Below are positions 59,401 through 64,000 of a stretch of 64,000 bases of DNA, one piece after another. The notes below the pieces were generated by a model. That model was not told the DNA's origin and did no database searches. It was given only the letters and a program-made list of their open reading frames with translations. The stretch is from Vicinamibacterales bacterium (lineage in GTDB: Bacteria > Acidobacteriota > Vicinamibacteria > Vicinamibacterales > UBA823): contig DASCOS010000002.1 of the NCBI GenBank assembly GCA_036012125.1, forward strand, positions 13,021-77,020, in the 5' to 3' direction. A program made the translations under genes and the position numbers. Position 1 is the first letter of the stretch. Each line of letters starts with the position of its first letter.

Positions 59401-61032
59401 CTAGCGGGCATTGAGTCGGGTGAGAAGCCAACGACGCACATCGTCGAATTCCTCGATTCTTAACGCTCGTGCCGCAGTGGCCAATACGATGAGGCCAGCA
59501 CTAATTGCAGTGCCGAGGCGGGTCGCCTGATGCCAGACCCCTAGTCCCGGCCATGTAGTTGCCAACCATTGTTCCGTTCCGAATGCTGCCCAGGCCATTA
59601 ATGCAGAGGCCACACTAATCTTAACGAATGCCATCGCGATCCGAGGGCCCTCCAATCCACCGAGCCGGCGCTGCAGCAGGTAGAGTAGGGCTGCAGCGTT
59701 CACAAGGGCGGCGATAGCAGTACCGAGTGCGAGACCGCGATACCCCATTAGACGGATGAGCAATAAATTTAACGCAACGTTGAGGACTACCGAGCCCACA
59801 CTGATGAGGGCAGGTGTTCGGCTGTCCCGAAGTGCGAAGAAACTCGGAACGGCAATTTTAACCGTTGAGTAACCAAGAAGGCCTGGCGCATAGCACATCA
59901 AAGCGGCGGCGGTGGCTGTAGTATCAGCGGGTGTGAAGCTACCGCGTTCAAAGATGAGGGCGACAATTGGTGACGCCAGAGTAACTAAGCCGAGCGTCGC
60001 GGGAACGTTCAGCATGAACATTAATCGCAGGCCGTTCGAGATCGTTTGCCGCATCTCTTCAGGGTTCTCACGCGCTGCTTGTCTGGAAAGGGTCGGCAGG
60101 GCGGCGGTCGCGATAGATACACCGAACAATCCGATCGGTAGGTACATCAGTCGAAAGGCATAGCTGAGCCAGGACACAGCACCTGTTCCTTCGCCAGTCG
60201 CGAGTATCGTATTGACGAGCAAGTTGATCTGTACAGCGGCTAGGCCAAGGATGCCAGGGCCCATCAGTCGCAGAATCTCTCTAAGGCCAGGGTCCCGTAG
60301 GTTGAGTATCGGGCGGTAGCGATACCCGGCGTGGTGCAGGGCGGGCCACTGGAGGACGACTTGGCCAACACCGCCGATTAAAGCTCCGATGGCCATGCCC
60401 GCAATCGGCGGAAGTCCCACGCTTGGCATCAGCGGGACCAGCGCAAACCCGCTGGCAATCATGGCGAGATTGAACATGGCGGGGGATAACGCAGGTGTGA
60501 AGAATCGCTGCAATGAGTTCAGCATGCCCATAAACGCGGCAGCGATAGCCACGAGACTGAGGAAGGGCAGCATGATGCGTGTGAGTGTCGTCGCAAGTTC
60601 GAGTTTGCCAGGCACTTCATTGAAGTGTCCGGCAAACAACATAACGAGCGGCGCGGCAAAAATGATACCGATCGTGACGAGGAGTCCGGTCACTATCAGC
60701 AGTGCGTTAATTAACTGATTGCCGAGTTGCCAAGCCTGGGTGCGACCCTCCGCGGTAAGTCGTTTTGTGAAGGTGGGTACGAAGGCCGCACTCATGGCAC
60801 CCTCGGCGAAGAGGTCACGCATCAAGTTTGGAATACGGAAACCGACGTAAAAGGCGTCCATCGCGTTGCCAGCACCGAACAGGTAAGCTAGGACCTGGTC
60901 GCGGATAAGGCCAAGCAGTCGGCTGGTCATTGTTGCAGCACTGATCACGCCAGCCGAGCGGAGTAGCCCACTCGATGATGGTGTTTCAGGGACTGGCGCG
61001 TCGGCCGGCGGGGGAGGCTGTAAGTCGGGCAT
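59401..61032 (-). CDS. murJ: lipid II flippase
   Basis: 543 aa, polytopic. N-terminal pattern MTSRLLGLIRDQVLAYLFGAG...DAFYVGFRIPNLMRDLFAEGA. Confidence 0.9.
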   Translation of the reverse strand: MPDLQPPPPADAPVPETPSSSGLLRSAGVISAATMTSRLLGLIRDQVLAYLFGAGNAMDAFYVGFRIPNLMRDLFAEGAMSAAFVPTFTKRLTAEGRTQAWQLGNQLINALLIVTGLLVTIGIIFAAPLVMLFAGHFNEVPGKLELATTLTRIMLPFLSLVAIAAAFMGMLNSLQRFFTPALSPAMFNLAMIASGFALVPLMPSVGLPPIAGMAIGALIGGVGQVVLQWPALHHAGYRYRPILNLRDPGLREILRLMGPGILGLAAVQINLLVNTILATGEGTGAVSWLSYAFRLMYLPIGLFGVSIATAALPTLSRQAARENPEEMRQTISNGLRLMFMLNVPATLGLVTLASPIVALIFERGSFTPADTTATAAALMCYAPGLLGYSTVKIAVPSFFALRDSRTPALISVGSVVLNVALNLLLIRLMGYRGLALGTAIAALVNAAALLYLLQRRLGGLEGPRIAMAFVKISVASALMAWAAFGTEQWLATTWPGLGVWHQATRLGTAISAGLIVLATAARALRIEEFDDVRRWLLTRLNAR

Positions 61033-61097
61033 TAACTGTATGTCAGCCTAACATACGGCCTTAGCCGGTAGTTCGTCTGTCGGTTGAGCGGACCGAG

Positions 61098-61679
61098 GTG
61101 ATCACTAGGAAAACCTTGGTTAATGCGGAGTGGGGAGGTATGGGTTCGACTCGCGAGCTGCCATTTGTCGGGGTTGCGTCGGTCCGCTTCAGTTCCTTGC
61201 GATCACCGCTGGGCCAGATTTTCTTTGTCATGTCAGGACGCGGACTCTGTAATGTCACCATTGGAGCCCGTCGACATGCTGAGTACCGAAGATACATGGA
61301 ACGGCACTCGACCGAGGTCTGGCGTGACGATGAAGGCCTCCGTGACGTGTACGATGAATTTGTTGCTTACCTCAGCGGTCGTAGTCAGACATTTGTGGTG
61401 CCCACGGACCTCCGAGGTGTTACACCGTTCGTTGGGCAGGTGTTGCGTAAGGTTCAGGCGGTGACATTCGGGACCGTGACGAGTTACGGGTCGGTCGCTC
61501 GACAGCTAGGTCACCCCCGAGCCGGACGGGCAGTCGGAACTGCGTTGGGCAGAAACCCTGTGCCGATCGTTATTCCGTGCCACCGCGTTCTTCGCTCGAC
61601 CGGCGAGGTCGGCGGGTATGCCTTCGGCAGTACGGTTAAGCGGGCCCTACTCGGCATCGAGGGCTATCGAACGCGTTAG
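61098..61679 (+). CDS. ogt: methylated-DNA-protein-cysteine methyltransferase
   Basis: Active site IPCHRV preceded by YGSVARQLG..RAGRAVGTALGRNP. The ATG at 61140 is an alternative start. Confidence 0.8.
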   Translation: MITRKTLVNAEWGGMGSTRELPFVGVASVRFSSLRSPLGQIFFVMSGRGLCNVTIGARRHAEYRRYMERHSTEVWRDDEGLRDVYDEFVAYLSGRSQTFVVPTDLRGVTPFVGQVLRKVQAVTFGTVTSYGSVARQLGHPRAGRAVGTALGRNPVPIVIPCHRVLRSTGEVGGYAFGSTVKRALLGIEGYRTR

Positions 61680-61681
61680 CG

Positions 61682-62131
61682 TCACTGAGCCAGTTTTTGC
61701 TTGACGAGTGCTCCGATGGTCGAACCGTCGACAACCTGGCCGGCGAATTGGGCCATCACCTGTTTCATCACCCGTCCCATGTCCCGCGGCGAAGTGGCCC
61801 CCGTCTCAGTGATGGCGGTGTCGATGATCCGTTCGATCGCTGCCTCGTCGACCGGTGGCGGGAGAAATGGTTGAAGCGCCTCCAACTCAGCCTGCTCTTG
61901 GGTGACTAGTTCGGTCCTCCCCGCCTGCTCGAACTGTGCGATGGAATCCTGCCGTTGCTTTGCCAGGGTCGCAACCACCTTTTGAGCATCCACGTCTGTG
62001 AGTTCCTGACCGAGTTCAATGCGACGGTTGACCAGTGCGGTCTTCAACATGCGCAAGGAACCTAGTGTCGTTTTGTCCCGACTGCGCATGGCAGCTGTCA
62101 TTGCTTCGTTGACACGTGCCAAGAGGTCCAT
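61682..62131 (-). CDS. GatB/YqeY domain protein
   Basis: 149 aa with N-terminal pattern AMRSRDKTTLGSLRMLKTAL and C-terminal VMKQVMAQFAGQVDG. Confidence 0.85.
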   Translation of the reverse strand: MDLLARVNEAMTAAMRSRDKTTLGSLRMLKTALVNRRIELGQELTDVDAQKVVATLAKQRQDSIAQFEQAGRTELVTQEQAELEALQPFLPPPVDEAAIERIIDTAITETGATSPRDMGRVMKQVMAQFAGQVVDGSTIGALVKQKLAQ

Positions 62132-62155
62132 AACGTTGACGTGCCTGGGGTCAGG

Positions 62156-63127
62156 TCACCCTTTCTGAAAATGTGCGATCACACGGGTCAGAATTTCGGT
62201 AAGTTGAACCTTTGGTTCATAACCGATGAATTTTTGGAGCTTAGTGATGTCGGGGACGCGCCTCGGCATATCTTCGAAGCCTGCTCCGTAAGCTTGGTCG
62301 TAGGGAACCTTGACGATCTCCGACTGACTGCCTGTCATTTCTTTGATTTTTTCAGCCAGTCCGAGGATGGAGATTTCCTGTCCGTTGCCGACGTTGAATA
62401 CCTCCCCGACAGCCTTTGGCTCGTCGACGAGACGCATCAACGCGTCCACGACGTCACCGACGTAGGTGAAACTTCGCGATTGCGACCCGTCGCCGAACAC
62501 AGTGATTGGCTGTCCTGCCAATGCCTGCTTCACGAAATTCGGCACCACCATGCCGTATTGGCCTGTCTGACGGGGTCCCACAGTGTTGAAGAGTCGCACG
62601 ACGATGACTGGAAGCTTCTTCTCTTTCCAGTATGCGAGTGCAAGGAATTCGTCGAGGGCTTTACTACATGCGTAGGCCCAACGGTGTTTCCAAGTGGCAC
62701 CAAGCCTGAGGTCGGCGTCTTCTCTGAACGGGATCTCCGTTGACTTACCGTAAACTTCTGAAGTTGAGGCAACAATGACAAGTTTCTTTTTCTGACTGTT
62801 CTTATTGGCCTGAGTCAGCACAACTTCCGTACCATGTACATTGGTCTCGATCGTGTGGACCGGACGTTCCACGATCAACTTGACTCCGACCGCAGCTGCT
62901 AGGTGGAACACAACGTCACAACGATTGGTTTGTTCGGCTAAGAGGTCTTCATTGGTGACTGAGTCGATTACGTATTGAAAGCCGCGCCGGTTCTTTAAGT
63001 GCTCAATGTTCTCCATTGAGCCTGTGGAAAGATCGTCAACCACTTCTACTTCATGGCCGGCGTCCAGAAGCGCTTCGGCAAGGTGAGACCCGATGAATCC
63101 GGCACCGCCAGTGATCAGGGCGCGCAT
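62156..63127 (-). CDS. NAD-dependent epimerase/dehydratase (extended SDR, UDP-sugar type)
   Basis: Motifs MRALITGGAGFIGSHL and the catalytic YACSK (YxxxK). Confidence 0.85.
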   Translation of the reverse strand: MRALITGGAGFIGSHLAEALLDAGHEVEVVDDLSTGSMENIEHLKNRRGFQYVIDSVTNEDLLAEQTNRCDVVFHLAAAVGVKLIVERPVHTIETNVHGTEVVLTQANKNSQKKKLVIVASTSEVYGKSTEIPFREDADLRLGATWKHRWAYACSKALDEFLALAYWKEKKLPVIVVRLFNTVGPRQTGQYGMVVPNFVKQALAGQPITVFGDGSQSRSFTYVGDVVDALMRLVDEPKAVGEVFNVGNGQEISILGLAEKIKEMTGSQSEIVKVPYDQAYGAGFEDMPRRVPDITKLQKFIGYEPKVQLTEILTRVIAHFQKG

Positions 63128-63139
63128 AGCGGGATCGTA

Positions 63140-64000
63140 TCACGTGGCGAAACGGAACGTGATGACGTCACCATCCCGTACGACGTAAGTCTTTCCTTCG
63201 AGGCGCACGAGGCCGTGTTCCCGACACGAAGCGAGTGAACCGTGCTCGATAAGATCGGTATAGGCTACGACCTCAGCGCGGATAAATCCTCGTGAAATGT
63301 CCGAGTGAATTTCCCTGGCGGCATCCTGGGCCACCGTGCCTCGTGGCAGTGTCCACGCCCGGCATTCATCTTCGCCTACGGTAAAGAAGGAAATGTAACC
63401 AAGAAGTTCGTAACTCGCCCGGATGATTCGATCTAGTCCAGATTCTGCGAGTCCGAGATCTGCTGAAAAAGCCTCCGCGCTCTCTTTATCGAGCTGCCCA
63501 ATCTCAAGCTCGATTTTGGCGCACACGGCCACGGCTTTGGCGTCTGCCTCGCGAAGGACTTCCTGGAGGGAAGGGTCGGTTTCCTCTAATCCGCTCGGTA
63601 AATCAGATTCATCCAGATTGTTAATGACGAGTAATGGCTTAGCTGAGAGAAACTGGAAACCTCGAAGAAGCTTCGAGGCTTGTGGTTCCAGTGCCATTCG
63701 TCGTAACGGCGTTCCGGCCTCCAGTGTTGCCTGACACTTCGTTAGAACGGCCTGTTCGGCCTCTAGGTCATCGCTCTTATGCTTCTTTAGGTCTCGGTGC
63801 AGCCGCTCGATACGACGCTCAGCGACTCCGAGGTCAGCCAGAATCAGTTCTTCCTCCATGGTGCGTGTATCCCGCACTGGGTTGATACTGCCGGAGGTGT
63901 GGGGCACCCGTTCGTCGCGGAATGCACGGACGATGTGGAGGAGTGCGTCGGCGTCTCTGAACGCTGCAATGTCCACAAGTGACTGGGTCGTGGCGTGGCC
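63140..64000 (-). CDS. ychF: redox-regulated ATPase YchF, C-terminal part (runs off the window)
   Basis: Motifs HIVRAF and a coiled insert. TGS-like C-terminus GFIRAEVV..REHGLVRLEGKTYVVRDGDVITFRF. The frame stays open to position 64000. Confidence 0.85.
   Translation of the reverse strand, partial: GHATTQSLVDIAAFRDADALLHIVRAFRDERVPHTSGSINPVRDTRTMEEELILADLGVAERRIERLHRDLKKHKSDDLEAEQAVLTKCQATLEAGTPLRRMALEPQASKLLRGFQFLSAKPLLVINNLDESDLPSGLEETDPSLQEVLREADAKAVAVCAKIELEIGQLDKESAEAFSADLGLAESGLDRIIRASYELLGYISFFTVGEDECRAWTLPRGTVAQDAAREIHSDISRGFIRAEVVAYTDLIEHGSLASCREHGLVRLEGKTYVVRDGDVITFRFAT

Noticed and set aside
62141-62743. A 200-aa plus-strand ORF. Similar long antisense ORFs occur elsewhere, for example 30086-30811, 1709-2245, 56222-56704 and 527-907.
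   Set aside because: All lie fully antisense to genes with strong family motifs and have Arg/Ser/Pro-rich compositions typical of shadow ORFs in GC-rich coding DNA.

Overview
The window reads as a conserved chromosomal core region of a moderately GC-rich Gram-negative bacterium. Pal, TolC, MurJ and Nuo genes are present. Two tandem secreted VWA proteins resemble the 'VWFA-related acidobacterial' family, so an Acidobacteriota-like origin is a plausible but unverified inference.

About 65 densely packed genes, often with 4-nt ATGA overlaps, fall into recognisable housekeeping blocks:
- folP-cdaA-cdaR-glmM.
- nth, queE-queC-alaX.
- A GldA/F/G-like ABC exporter plus a DUF4340-like gene, preceded by a REC-PilZ gene.
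- pal.
- A divergent pyrimidine supercluster: pyrK-pyrD-pyrF-grx-like on the minus strand, and pyrR-pyrB-pyrC, a PRTase paralog and a TIGR02757-like gene on the plus strand. pyrE lies nearby.
- truA, then uppS-cdsA-dxr-rseP.
- Peptidases, a MATE transporter, ispG.
- A nuoA-C-D-H-J-K-L-M-N block followed directly by atpZ-atpI-atpB-atpE.
- An orphan fused E1 dehydrogenase, a rhomboid protease, murJ, ogt, and ychF (partial).

I found no rRNA, tRNA, CRISPR array, transposase, integrase or recognisable defence or toxin module. I cannot honestly point to a clear-cut novel multi-gene system.

The observations most worth a second look are:
1. An ArsC/Spx-family gene whose catalytic-Cys codon is TGA (UxxC), with a SECIS-like hairpin downstream, but which also carries an in-frame TAG.
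2. A truncated hemL remnant next to the VWA pair.
3. A nuo cluster lacking every Fe-S subunit gene (B, I, E, F, G), fused in line with an FO-only atp fragment.
4. A PRTase paralog plus an EndoIII-like, 4-Cys TIGR02757 protein appended to the pyr operon.
5. A pseudo-receiver PilZ protein upstream of the GldG-type ABC module.
6. A run of 24 consecutive prolines in Pal.

All family calls come from motif recognition by eye. No database search was run.
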